Assembly: GCF_001194135.2 (NCBI RefSeq)
Contig: NC_068994.1
Location: 44,599,933-44,663,836 of the forward strand
Direction of reading: 5' to 3'
DNA: 63,904 nucleotides
Origin: Octopus bimaculoides
Taxonomy: Eukaryota
Part shown: one piece after another, positions 50,461 to 63,640 of the stretch
Numbering within the stretch: position 1 is the stretch's first letter
How the letters are laid out: every line of letters begins with the position of its first letter
Translations under genes and position numbers: made by a program
The notes under the pieces: model-generated
What the model was told of the DNA's origin: nothing
The model's database searches: none
The model's input: only the letters and a program-made list of their open reading frames with translations

Positions 50461-50784
50461 ACAGTCCAGAGATGGAACAATCGGTTTACCATGAGGAAGA
50501 AGAAAGATCTAAGATTTCAAACTATTTGTATATTAAAGGAACCTACGGTATAGCTGTTTGTATATTCGATTTTCCTGACGCAGACTTTAATTAGTTTTCT
50601 TCGGATTTTACTGTTTTGCTCATTAAAAATTTTGCTTCCTGTAAATATAGTTTTAAATGTAAAGATAGTTTTTTTAAAAAGGCAATTTAAAATACTATCT
50701 TTCATTTCGTTAAGTATTTAGTCTTATAAAAATACAATTTCAAAGATTACGTTGTTTAATTGTTATTATTTACGTGCACAGGAT

Positions 50785-51148
50785 GGAGGCGCAATGGCCC
50801 AGTGGTTAGGGTAGCGGGCTCGCGGTTTCGATTCCCAGACCGGGCGTTGTGAGTGTTTATTGAGCGAAAACACCGAAAGCTCCACGAGGCTCTGGCAGGG
50901 GATGGTGGCGAACCCTGCTGTACTCTTCCACCACAACTTTCTCTCACTCTTACTTCCTGTTTCTGTTGTGCCTGTAATTCAAAGGGTGAGCCTTGTCACA
51001 CTGTGTCACGCTGAATATCCCTGAGAACTACGTTAAGGGTACATGTGTCTGTGGAGTGCTCAGCCACTTGCACGTTAATTTCACGTTAATTTGATCGGAT
51101 CAACTGGAACCCTCGATGTCGTAGGCGACGGAGTGAAACAACAACAAC
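50785..51148 (+). mobile_element. tRNA-headed SINE sharing its 3' half with family D
   Basis: Head ggaggcgcaatggcccagtggttaggg; 3' part ccttgtcacac...gtggagtgctcagccacttgcacgttaatttcacg matches the reverse complement of 23425-23600; (AAC)n tail. Confidence 0.8.
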
Positions 51149-51378
51149 GCGCACAGGTGTAGTTTGCGTTGTTAGGAAGTTCGCTTTTCAAATACTTGGT
51201 TGTCAGTTCGATCCTTCTGGGCAATGTCTTGGGGAAAGTGTTTTCTAGCACGAACTTGAGTTGATCAAAATTTCGTTTGTGGAATTTGATAAACGACAGG
51301 ACTAGGCGGATACCTGTCGAGGTAACTTTTTATTTACAAGTTGACTTCGTTCGTCGTCCTTTTTAACATTTCCACCTA

Positions 51379-51432
51379 TACCGTAGGTTCCTTTAATATA
51401 CCATAGGTTCCTTTAATAATACCGTAGGTCCT
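51379..51432. repeat. Short tandem repeat, about 2.6 copies of a 20-bp unit
   Basis: taccgtaggttcctttaata, taccataggttcctttaata, then taccgtaggtcct. Confidence 0.8.
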
Positions 51433-53239
51433 CTTCATTGCAAGTATTCGGGCTAGGTTTCCAGTTTTAGGACAACTTCCAATAGTTACGGTAGTCATAA
51501 AAGAGACCCTAGGTACTATTTCGCCACTAAGCCATACAAATGCACACATATATCCGATGCTCTAATATCAATGTGTGGGTGTGTGAGACAAAAAAGTCAG
51601 AGAGAGTGTGTGTGCGCGTGCATGTATACACAGATCTGACATTGTCCAAAGTTTTATTATGGATCAACAGAGTTTATTTCTACATGTAAACTTCTTGAAA
51701 TGGTGGACTGTTTTCAGCTGAATTGCGGCCATCCGAAAATAATTCTTAAATACTTGGAAGTATAACTCTGCTGAGGACAAAAACTCATTACCGTTAATAA
51801 AAATTTATTCTCAAAAAGAGCAAGGGAGAGAAGTCCCAAAACTTTCGGTCAACCATTTAAATTTTTGTGGAAATTATGTTTTGTGTTTCTTTATGAAGGC
51901 TATGATTTGTGGTTGTTTCGAATTAACTGAGATTATTAGATTATTAAACCCCAATTTTCTAATGATATAGTTATTTGACTAAATCCCTTCAAATTCTTGA
52001 TGAAACACGTAGGTAGTAAATTGCATTAGTTTCAACTGTTATTTCCAGGAATGCTGCCCTAGTGGCTTCAAGGCTTATTCTTCTGTGACACGTCCAATTT
52101 ACGTATTTTTGAAAATCAAAACTTTTAGTTTCCTTCTATCTAATGCTTGTCTTCACTTCCCATCGTATTCATTTTCATCTGCTTTAAACACACTTAGATT
52201 CTAAGATCCTGTTGCTGGAGACGTGTCAGGGCTAAAACCTATCAAACAAACGCAAAAACTTATATATTCTGGACATCTACTTGTAGCAGAGATGAGATTT
52301 CTATAGTTGATAGACAACAGATACGACTGAGCCTAAGTAGACGATAAAAATGAATCAGGTTAGCTAGATTTCACGTAGATGGAACGCTTTTAGTGTGGTT
52401 GCGATGTAGTTAACGAATAATTGAAGATAAACATTTGTGTGCTGCATGTTCAATTCACAAAATCATACGAAATTTGGTATCATTCTTCATTTTATTTGTT
52501 TAATCAGGGACATAGAATATAGATTTTTTTTTACAGCAGTTGAATGAACAACAGCATTTGAGAATTAACGAACATTTGGTCACTACAGCATGCTGATATG
52601 TAACATCACAACGATTCATAATTAGCGAGGACAGATTAAATAAATGAAATAAGAATGAATTTCCGTGAGATTTACCAACATAACTCATGTGGTACGTTCA
52701 GTTGTTATTAATTTTTCAATATTGAGAAACCATCGCATAACGAAAAACGTACAGTTATTAAAGCCCTTGATGTAATGGACATCAGCTGTGAACTGCGATA
52801 CAAAGTCAGGGTGACTAATTACCCTTGGAGAATGTTTATTCATTGTAGAATGAAGAGCGAATATCAGTAGCTTATGGCCTGTATATATACAACAAAGTTC
52901 CTATCTTCTTGAAAGGGAAGAAAATGCTTATTGAAAGTATTCAATCTAGTAATGGCCAGTTTCGAGTGTCCCAGGAAAAGGACAAAGGTTGCCAAGAATT
53001 CTGGATAAATTGTTTTAAAATACCTCTGATTCCTACACCCGAAACATTCTCTCGTAGAGAAAGGGATGCATTTGGTATCGGGTAATTTAATAACGTGACC
53101 TGAGACCATTTCTTGTTAATCATGTTATACGATCGTAATTCATCAGATGTTAAGGGAATGTTCTCGTTTTTCTTTACCAATTACGTAACAATTCAGTTGA
53201 GGTGAAGTTGTTTCAGCACAGTGTGGAACAAAACGTTTG

Positions 53240-53760
53240 TATAAATTCTCTAAAAATTTACGGAAGAAGCCGGATATGATGTGAGAAATATAAGATAATT
53301 TACCTCCCACACGAAGACAATATAGATGCAGCTCAGGTTACGAAAGACGAACGTTATGAGATGCTTCTAGAAGACTGTAAAGATGCTGGTTGGAGTGCAG
53401 TAAACTTCACTGTAGAAGTTGGAAGTAAGGATTTTATTGGAACCAGACTGAGATGATGGCTACTGTCAATTGGTCTCCAAAATCGGCAAGCAAATGCCAT
53501 CTTGAAGGAGATCCAAGCGACAGTTGAAAGGGCCAACCATTGGATATGGCCGAAAAGGAATGGTAAAACCTGACTGGAGAGGTGATGATCCTAAAGTAGA
53601 CCTGAGATCGAATACCAGTCAGTCGAACCAGTGAGTGTGGGGCCTCAAATTAGTGAAGCTGGGGTACGCTGTAAAACCGTCAAGATGAAAGCTCCGAAAC
53701 GGTGCACATTCTCTCCTGATGACACCTGACAGCTACTGATATCCGGTATGCGGAGTTTTC
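53240..53760 (+). mobile_element. 3' end of a HERO/R2-superfamily LINE (restriction-like endonuclease C-terminus plus 3' UTR)
   Basis: PHEDNIDAAQVTKDERYEMLLEDCKDAGWSAVNFTVEVGSKDFIG...ERANHWIWPKR from 53307 matches the PWEEN...K..KY..L...C...GW.....VEVG..GF...WLW.KR pattern. Confidence 0.8.
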
Positions 53761-55215
53761 GACTGACTACACTTGCACAAATAAGTTGTTTCCAAGCGCC
53801 CTTAATGAAGTAGAAACTGGAAACTATACAACAGTTTCTACTTATAGATGGATATGTTGTATTCCATCTAACGTGACTCTACTCAGAAGGCTGTAATATC
53901 ATTTGCCAGGAATACGGTATAAAGAAATACATGGAACTAGGTGGTAACTTTAAATGTCTTGAATGCCGGCCACACGTATATATACACAAGTTGAATGATA
54001 AATGGAAATGGTTGATGAACATTTATTCATATCTCTACATGCATCTGCGTGGGTTGTATGTTTGCTGTTAACCCTGGTGAGGAAGCTCACAAACAGTGAT
54101 ATATTAGAACCTGTGCAGTGTTGTCGGTGCTGTGTAGAGATGTTGTTGACTAGTAGTAATAGATTTTGCGTTAATATCACGTATCCATAAATTAGTCTCA
54201 ATATCAATAACCGACTCGGAGGCCAAAGTGATGAAAAAACTTAGCACCAAGAATTCGATACGGAAGATTCGTTATAATGAAAATCCACCTGAAAACTCTC
54301 CGTAAGTTCAAGTCCAACGACTTTTTAGCATTTGTCGTCTACACAAAATGATTTTTTTTTCTGGACGTTTACAGCAGTCTAAGGATTATAAACAAATATT
54401 CAAGCTAGGTAGGACATGCTAATTAATATTCGTTACAAAAGCTGCTTCTGTTGCTAATAGCTAATTTACACACAGCTCGCCAGCTTTCCGTACACTACTG
54501 GCTGTTCGGTCAGCATTATTCTGTATCGGTTTTACAGAATTTCCGTCTAGCATTCGGTGATGATCTGCGATGCGGTGAACTCACGTACAACGGTTATGCC
54601 ACCCGCCCGTATACTGACGGAATTTCGTCAACCGATAATAGGATTTCGATGCTTTTTAGTATTTGTCGTCTACACCAAATGATTTTTCGGGACGTTTACA
54701 CCAGTCTAAGGCGTTGTAACAACACATCCAAGGCAAGTTGGATGTGCTAATTGACACAGATTCTTCTATGTCGTTGATTTTAAGCAATAAGTCTTTAATA
54801 CCATTTCACAGATTTGACTGGCATTTTAATTGCACTGGAATTTCTAGTAAAAACAAGATTAATTATTCCTTTCTGCTTCGATGGCGTTGCACCCCATTCA
54901 ACAGTCGCTAGCCAGTTGCTATTTTAACCAGCAATTATCGAATTGTTGATGTCTCCTCCTGACACGAACAAGCCAATGAAGGAGATTCACTTATCCAATG
55001 ACAATCAGCGTTATCATCGCTTGATAACCGATGTTGATGTATTTACGTCCCTGTAATCTAGCGGTTCAGTAAAAGATATCGATAGAATTAGTACTAGGCT
55101 TACAAAGAATAAGTTCGGGTGTCAATTTCTTCGACTAAAACGCTTTAATGCGATGCTCTAGCATGGGCACAGTCAAATGAATGTTACAAGCAAAAGAATA
55201 AAATAATATATACAT

Positions 55216-55277
<62 letters not shown>

Positions 55278-56916
55278 NNNNNNNNNNNNNNNNNNNNNNN
55301 NNNNNNNNNNNNNNNNNNNNNNNNNNNNNNNNNNNNNNNNNNNNNNNNNNNNNNNNNNNNNNNNNNNNNNNNNNNNNNNNNNNNNNNNNNNNNNNNNNNN
55401 NNNNNNNNNNNNNNNNNNNNNNNNNNNNNNNNNNNNNNNNNNNNNNNNNNNNNNNNNNNNNNNNNNNNNNNNNNNNNNNNNNNNNNNNNNNNNNNNNNNN
55501 NNNNNNNNNNNNNNNNNNNNNNNNNNNNNNNNNNNNNNNNNNNNNNNNNNNNNNNNNNNNNNNNNNNNNNNNNNNNNNNNNNNNNNNNNNNNNNNNNNNN
55601 NNNNNNNNNNNNNNNNNNNNNNNNNNNNNNNNNNNNNTATTATAGATACGATGTCTGAAATTTTGTGGTGGGGAGGAGATAGTCGATTATGTTGTCCGTC
55701 TGTGCTCAACTGCTACTTATTTTACCGACCTCGAAAGAATAAAAGACAAAGTCGACCTCAGTGACGTCTAGACTCTGAATGTACAGCCGTCTTTACATCC
55801 TGAGTTCAAATTCTGAGCGAGGTTGACTTTGCCTTCCATTCTTTTAGGCATGCTAACGATTCTGCCAGCTCGTAGCTTACTTCTTTGAGACATCTTCGCT
55901 TATTTGAATTCCGTTTCTTCATTTTTTTTTTTTTTGGTTACGATGTTTATTGTCAAATTTGTTTATGTCACTGTTTATGTTTATATAAATTGTTAACATT
56001 TATCTGCTAATCTCATTAAGAGTTATTTTTTTGTGAAACATTTTATTTATTTATTAACTTATTTGTATTTATTTACTTATTTATTTTTATTTCTTCAAGT
56101 CTGTTTCTTCATTTAAAAAATAGTTGCGTATGGAAGAATTAGTTTTGTAGAGAGTATTTGTTTTTCATGCATTGTACTCATACTAGAATTCATGGCTGAG
56201 TGGTTTTTGTTGGTTGCTTTGTTCATGTCGTTCTATACTCGTTCATATATTTTGAGATTAATAGGTTTCGAGACTTATTTTTGTGCGTGTTCGTAATTTG
56301 TAATTCGTGTGATCTGGTATACCAATTATTCATGGTTGGGTAATTTTGTTAATATATTTCCGTGTGCGTTTATGTACGTGTATATGTATGTGTTCGTTCA
56401 AGGCTTGTTTTTATTTGTGCTAATGTGTTTAAGTATTTTGTTTATATAATTTGTGTTGACTGTTAAACAGTCAGCATAAATTACGAGTCTTGTGGATATC
56501 AGTTTGTATGTCTGCGTATGTGCGTGTGCATGTGTGTGTGTATGTGTGTCTGTGATTCAAGCTGTTGTGTTGGTAGATATTATATTCTGTTTAGTGCTTA
56601 ATCCATTTATTCAAAATGAATTTGTTTTAGTGTCATCACCTTGACATGATCTCGTTTCTCTTGTTTAGTCGATGGGTACTTTGCGTGGATATTTGTATCT
56701 TTCTGTAACAGAGTGTAGCTTCTAGAACCATATATGTACCAGGGTGGACACACCATTGTTCCCCAATTAATGTTTACGGCTATTTTGCTTTCTTTTAACA
56801 CCCAGCTATGTTTTAGGCAAGAACGTTGGGTTTCTTAGATTTATATTGCGAAATATATATGTAAGTTATGCATATCTGTCTTTAATAGCTCTGTTACTAA
56901 TGGTGAACTAGTTTTA

Positions 56917-56980
<64 letters not shown>

Positions 56981-57576
56981 CATTATTATTATTATTTATC
57001 CACCTTGTGTTACTATTGCTTTGTTGTCTAGGCCGGCCTGTTTTTATGCCATTTCTGGGTAACTGGCATATTCTCATTCTGTTGCAGTTGCATAAGCCTC
57101 CAGAATCATTTATGTACAGTGATGCACACTCAGTTATTTCCTATATTGTATGCATGTACATACATACATACATACATACATACATACACACGCATACACA
57201 TACGCACGCACGAACACACGCACACAAGTCGATTTAGGATCTTTCGCACAAAACCACACACATGTATGTATGTACGTGTGAGCATACACCCGCACACATA
57301 TTTTTCTGTGATTTATGCACTATATGTTATAAGAGATACTTTCTCAAGATGAATGCTGCACTTTAATAAGAGTTTCAGCATGTATACACTTTAAGTATGT
57401 GCTCAGATCATTAATATGTGTGTGTATGTGGAGAGAGAGAGAGAGACGGAGACACAGACAGACAGTACTGTTGCGTTCTTAATGAGATCAGCAAAGAAAG
57501 GTACTCTAAATATCATTTGATAAACGCATGGTTTAAATGTGAGATGCAATAAGTTTCATACTCTGAAAGCTAAATT

Positions 57577-57678
57577 GTCGGACGAGCATGTACAGTATGC
57601 TATGTACTATCCTGCAATCTTTCAGACTTCAAGAAGGATTGCAGGATAGTACACGGCACGCTATACTGCTCGTCTGAC
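57577..57678. repeat. 102-nt imperfect hairpin
   Basis: Stem of about 46 bp including perfect gtactatcctgcaatc / gattgcaggatagtac; 9-nt loop. Confidence 0.8.
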
Positions 57679-58039
57679 TATTGTATTATCAGAAACTTAT
57701 ACTAGTTCACGTTAAAACCCTGTGTTTATATATATATATATATATATATNNNNNNNNNNNNNNNNNNNNNNNNNNNNNNNNNNNNNNNNNNNNNNNNNNN
57801 NNNNNNNNNNNNNNNNNNNNNNNNNNNNNNNNNNNNNNNNNNNNNNNNNNNNNNNNNNNNNNNNNNNNNNNNNNNNNNNNNNNNNNNNNNNNNNNNNNNN
57901 NNNNNNNNNNNNNNNNNNNNNNNNNNNNNNNNNNNNNNNNNNNNNNNNNNNNNNNNNNNNNNNNNNNNNNNNNNNNNNNNNNNNNNNNNNNNNNNNNNNN
58001 NNNNNNNNNNNNNNNNNNNNNNNNNNNNNNNNNNNNNNT

Positions 58040-58430
58040 GTAAATTTGAACGATATATATAGAGGAAAATGATGGTGGAGAGGGAAGTGTTGCCTTCTAG
58101 CAAGTTTGTTGAAAGGTGGGTGAATGTTGGAAGAATGACCAGTGTGAAAGGACCAAGTTTGAGAGTACACCTGTAAAAAAAAAAAAAAGGAATTAAAGAA
58201 GGGCTGTTGCCCTGTTGATCAGGGGCCCGTGGTTTTTGTGGGGTTTTTTCCACGAGGACCTTAAAGTGCCTCCCCAATTGAGCGTTTTAACTTGTTTAAT
58301 TTTAATTTTTATTTATTGTTTACACGCTGAAAGCCCTTTGTCTCGTTTTGTGTTGTCGTTTATGGTGTGTCATGACATTTAATGTACTATGTAAGCCCTT
58401 GTGGCTAATAAAAGAATTAATTATTATTAT
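58040..58430 (+). mobile_element. 3' end of the same L1/Tx1-type LINE family
   Basis: Aligns to 28310-28665 (ccttctagcaagtttgttgaaagg; tatgtaagcccttgtggctaataaaagaat) followed by (ATT)n; 5' side lost in an N-gap. Confidence 0.8.
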
Positions 58431-58817
58431 TATTATTTATTCATTTTGTTCATGTACAAGTAGGAAGACGGATATATTGTTTTCAGTCGTGCGTGTTTCT
58501 TTGTTTGTTTGTCCGTGGACAAGATATCTCAAGAACTGTTTCATATTTAAAGGAGATACATGATTGAAAGCCTTATTTACTGCGGTATTCGTCCTCAGAT
58601 AGTATCTCTTATAGACGCATAGTGTTTCTTAAAAAAATACACTGAAATATATTAACAGCAGGCGCAAATCGTCCGACAGCGGCGATGGCATTGCTAAATA
58701 TGCATTTCTACCTCGTTGTACTTCGTCAGCAGCATGCATGCAGTGGCAACCGCTTGCTAAGATAATAAAAAAATACCCCGTTACTGATTTTCTAAAATAG
58801 TGATTAAAATTAGCTAG

Positions 58818-58904
58818 CAGGCTGAATAAAGATTCGTAACGTGCGACAGGCTGAATAAAGATTCGTAACGTGCGACAGGCTGAATAAAGATTCGTAACGT
58901 GCGA
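58818..58904. repeat. Minisatellite, 3 perfect copies of a 29-bp unit
   Basis: (caggctgaataaagattcgtaacgtgcga)x3, contiguous with no spacers. Confidence 0.95.
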
Positions 58905-59110
58905 CGTTAGTTTAAAATAGCAATCTATGTATCATATTTTAAGCAGATACATTCGTCGGCTATACTCTTATGGGTTTTTTTTTTACACAATATATCTAAA
59001 AGAGATGTTACTTTAAGACAAATATCGCTGTAAATTAGGCTCTTGATGTGTCTGCTGTCAGTATGATACACAGATGGCTATTTTAAACTCGTGCTGTTCT
59101 TATAGCACAT

Positions 59111-59149
<39 letters not shown>

Positions 59150-61284
59150 CATAACGAATGAAGATGTATGATCAACGATGTTGACTCCTCTGTCAGTTCG
59201 TGTAATTTGGTGCTTATTGCCGTTTCTATCCAAGTCAGTCTTGATTTGGTACTTATTCCAGCCGTGATCGTCTTTTTTTTTTTTTTCCATCTTTCTTGAC
59301 GAAGTGTACCTCGGTGTACATTATATGTTCTTCATTTTTTTTATATATATAAATGCATAGAGACAGACAGTGAATAGTGATTTTTAAGATTTGGCAGCTA
59401 TTTCTAGCAGACGTTAGTGTGGTAATATGCCTAAAGATATTTATTGAGGAAAAGATGTAGCTAAAGCTTCAAGAATTCAGATAAAAAAATTATAAACTTT
59501 TTTTTTTCTAAATCATTCAGTTCTAAAATATATTTTTATCTCTTATCTGCATTGCCATGGTTTTTCATAACTCTTTATATTTGTCTTATAATATAGATGT
59601 TTTCTTTAGAGAATATTTTAATGTATGCAAGGCGCCACAAGCGTGATCTATTTAAATGAATTACTCAAATGATAAAATCTTGTGTTTTTTTTCTGTATAG
59701 TATGAAAATAGAAAACTAAATCCATGTTTATTGTTGATTATTTTATGCCTTATGTGTGGTCAGTGGGTAATTACGATAAAGAAATTCCAATCATAAGGTT
59801 AAAATATTTATTACTAGTTTGTTTTAATATATCAGTTCAAAGAATTAGTTCTTTGATTTTCCCAATTAAAGTCGGATATATTTCCAGACGTACACTTACA
59901 CCGGTTGGTAGGCGAATTTCTTCGGTAATTTTTCTGCATCCATTAATTTGCTCTTTTCATATTCTTACCTTATTTCAAATATTTATGTTCAATTTTCGAT
60001 TGCTTTATTTTGGTGACGATTTGCCGTTTCCTTTCAAGAAATAGCAATACATTCTGCAAAATCCGGCGACTATACAGGATAGAGACTGTAATTTTTTATC
60101 TTTTTCTTCTATTTTTTGACAATGTATTTAAGTAAAAGAAGTTGCTTTTTTTTTTTTTTTTTCTTTTCGTCTTTCGCTTTCGTTGACCTAGCTATTCCTA
60201 CTTAGCACTCTTCTTACGGTCTGGCTTGTTTCAATTACCTCAAAAGAAAGATATCATTTAAAGCTATAATTTTCTGAGAATCCAAAATTATCATTATTAT
60301 TTGCTCTGTAAAATTCTATATGTTCTTATTTTATTCCAAGTATTGTAGCTTGTGGCTCATATTTTAGGGCCTACTTTTAATTTGTCTTTTATGTGTGTGT
60401 GCTTGTCTGTCAAATTACAGATGTGAATTTTGCTGTTCACACTCATCCGGGCGCGCGCATTTATGTATATATACATTCATGTATGTGTCTGAGAGAGAAA
60501 GGTACTTGTCTGTATGCGTGAGAGTGAAGAGGTATTTGTGCGAGAGAGAGAGAGAGAGAGAATGAAGGCTGATGGGGGTATTAGTGTCTGATGACAAACT
60601 ATGTTTGACATTGTTGTTGGGGGAAAATTGACAATGAAACACTTAAGCTGTGGAGCTTGGAAAATCGTCAGGCTAGCTTAGTCGCTGCACCTCAGAAAAT
60701 GGGACAATGTTTTATAAAAGATAAAAAAAAACAACCCCATGTAAGTAGTGTAAAAATTCTTGTTGAATTCATATTAAGTTTTTGAAAACAGACACCTTTT
60801 TATATAGAAAACGGCCTTGCATTCTCTCTCTCTCTCTCTCCTGTTTTGTGTTTGTTTTGTTTTTCTCTGTGGAGAAATCAACATTAAATTAATGGAAGAA
60901 AATATTCTTTGTGTATTTAAGATGTCGACATCATTTCCATCAAGTTGAAAATAATCTGCATGTTTTATATAATATTATTTCTCTACCGTATTTCTAAAAC
61001 TTTCTTTAAATAATTTTTCGTAATTTATATAAGCCAATATTGGTTTCCTTTAAAGTTATACTTAAATAAATCTGTAATATTGTAATTTTATAGTAGTTTG
61101 CTTTTAATGAGAAAAATATTCGAGGCGATCGTTCCAAAAATCGCTTCATTTGTATTTATTTCTATGCATAGAAGTTTATTTTCTCTCTTCTAAGATGTCA
61201 CGACTTCTCATTTATTTTTGCATGGATCATTTGAGTCATGCTCTTCGTAGGACGTCGTATGATTTGATATGTTGTTTATATTAT

Positions 61285-61688
61285 ACATACATACATACAT
61301 ACATGCATGCATGCATACATACACACACACATTTTATATAGTGTGCATTTTTTCGGACTTATGGACAACTGTGTGTTTGTAAATAAATGTGTATACGTTT
61401 GTGTATGTATGTATGTGTATATATATATATATATGTATGTATATATGTGTGTGTGTATATGTGCATGTATGTGTATATATGTGTGTATATATATATATAT
61501 ATATGTGCATGTATTTGTATATATGTGTATATGTGCATGTGTGTGTATATATATGTGTGTGTATGTATATATATATGTGTGTGTGTATGCGTATATATAT
61601 GTGTGTGAATGTATGTATTTATTTATTTATTTATTTATGTGTTTCAGCCAAGTGGCTGCGGTCATGCTGGTGCACCACCGTGAGGTGG

Positions 61689-61720
<32 letters not shown>

Positions 61721-61728
61721 AATGTATG

Positions 61729-61760
<32 letters not shown>

Positions 61761-61764
61761 AATG

Positions 61765-61810
<46 letters not shown>

Positions 61811-61860
61811 AATGTATGTATATATATATGTATGTGTGTAGATGTGTGTATGTAAGATTG
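61285..61860. repeat. Long compound (TA)/(TG)/(TACA) microsatellite
   Basis: Direct reading. Other simple repeats include (TA)n 6123-6192 and 8008-8061, (ATC/ATT)n 10030-10112, (CT)n 35362-35445, compound 38230-38430, (ATC)n 45345-45421, (GA)n 55218-55277 and (ATT)n 56919-56997. Confidence 0.95.
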
Positions 61861-62479
61861 TGCGAGCGTGTATATATAAGTGCATGAGTAGCTATATATG
61901 ATTTACACAAACAAGCAATACCTAGTTATTTTATATGCAGTATCATCGTAGAATAGTCGAATCCATTTAAAACATGCCGTTATATTTCACATTTTATTTT
62001 ATTTTGTGATGCATTCTTTAGTAACGTCCCTTCCTTTACGATTTAAGTTCGAAGCTTGCCGAGGTCAACTTTACCTTTCATCCTTCTGGAGCTCGATAAG
62101 ATCAGTGCCTATTAAGTGTTGTAGTCAATCTAATCTAATCGGTTGTACCTTTCTTTACTTCCTCTCGAAGCTGTGGCCTTGTGCCCGTGTTTGAAATTAT
62201 TCAGATTCAAAAAAATATTTCATCGGTTATCTCTGACCTGAGAATTATTCCACTACATCTGTTGAAAGTCAGATGTTGGCCAGTTCTGAATAGGCCTTCT
62301 GTGTGTTGAAGGAGGGGTTTTACCTGTTACCCCCTATCCCTTGTCTTTTGTTGTTGTTTTTTTAATATTTTTCAATTTATTTTCTTTTCTCTTTACTTAC
62401 CATGTATTATAATCCCATTCGCTTCTAGGATCTTTATTGTACATCTTTTGCCCATTGTCCGACGTTAATTCTTATAATC

Positions 62480-63640
62480 CTTTCTCCTATAGGCACAAGT
62501 CCTGGAATTTGGTGGGAAGGGGTTAGTCGATTACATCAATCCCAGTGCTCAACTGGTACTTTTTTTTATCGATCCCGAAAGGATGAAAGGCAAAGTCGAT
62601 CTCGGCGGAATTTGAACTCAGAACGTAAAGACAGACAAAATACCGCTGCCCGGCGTGCTAACGATTTCACCAGTTCGCCACCTTGTTAACTCTTATAATC
62701 GCCATTTCTTAGGAGACTGGTAGGACCAGGATGCGTGCTTAATGCCTTTACATATCATTTTGATATAACCATTCTTTTAGCTGTGCACACTAGTAACTGC
62801 TGAGGTGAAGATAGGGTATGCAAGTTTTTCAAATTAAAGCAAATAATAATAATTCCTTCTTNNNNNNNNNNTTTGCCCATTGTCCGACGTTAATTCTTAT
62901 AATCCTTTCTCCTATAGGCACAAGTCCTGGAATTTGGTGGGAAGGGGTTAGTCGATTACATCAATCCCAGTGCTCAACTGGTACTTTTTTTTATCGATCC
63001 CGAAAGGATGAAAGGCAAAGTCGATCTTGGCAGAATTTGAACTCAGAACGTAGCGACAGACGAAATACCACTAAGCATTTTGCCTGGCATGCTAACGATT
63101 CTGCCAGCTCGCCGCCTTAATAATAATAATAATCCTTTCTACTGTAGGCACAAGGCCTGAAATTTGGGGGTGGGGGACTAGTCAATTACATCGACCCTAG
63201 TGTTTCACTGGTACTAAATTTATCGACCCTGAAAGGATGAAAGGCAAAGTTAAACCTCGGCGGAATTTGAACTCAGAACGTAAAGACGGGTGAAATGCCG
63301 CTAAACCTTTTTGCCCAGTTCGCTGCCTTAATAATAATAATGGTTTCAGATTTCGCCACATTTCGGGGGAGGGAACAAGTCGATTACATCGATCCCCAGT
63401 ATTCAACTGGTACTTATTTTATCGACCCTGAAAGGATGACAAGTACCTTTCTACTGTAGGCACAAGGCCTGAAGTTGGTTGGGAAGGGCATAGTCGATTA
63501 CATCGACCCCCAATACTTGAATGATACTTAATTTATCGATCCCGAAAGGATGAAAGGTAAAGTCGACCTCGGCGGAATTTGAACGCAGAACATAGCGACT
63601 GGCGAAATGCTACTAAAAATTCTGCCAGCTCGTCGCCTTA
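62480..63640 (-). mobile_element. Array of four near-full and one partial SINE-A copies, CpG-rich
   Basis: Repeated gaaaggatgaaaggcaaagtcgacctcggcggaatttgaactcagaacg; (AAT)n between several copies. Confidence 0.9.

Noticed and set aside
58818-58904. 29-bp repeats as a CRISPR array
   Set aside because: Units are contiguous with no spacers, no cas genes, and the context is eukaryotic.
61307-61910. ORFs rich in YI/CV/HT dipeptides here and at many other microsatellites, including the poly-D/N ORF at 10593-10922
   Set aside because: Translations of simple repeats.
62447-63027. 156-bp exact duplication (62447-62602 and 62872-63027) as a biological duplication
   Set aside because: The second copy starts exactly at a 10-N gap, typical of an unmerged contig overlap or haplotype; needs long reads.
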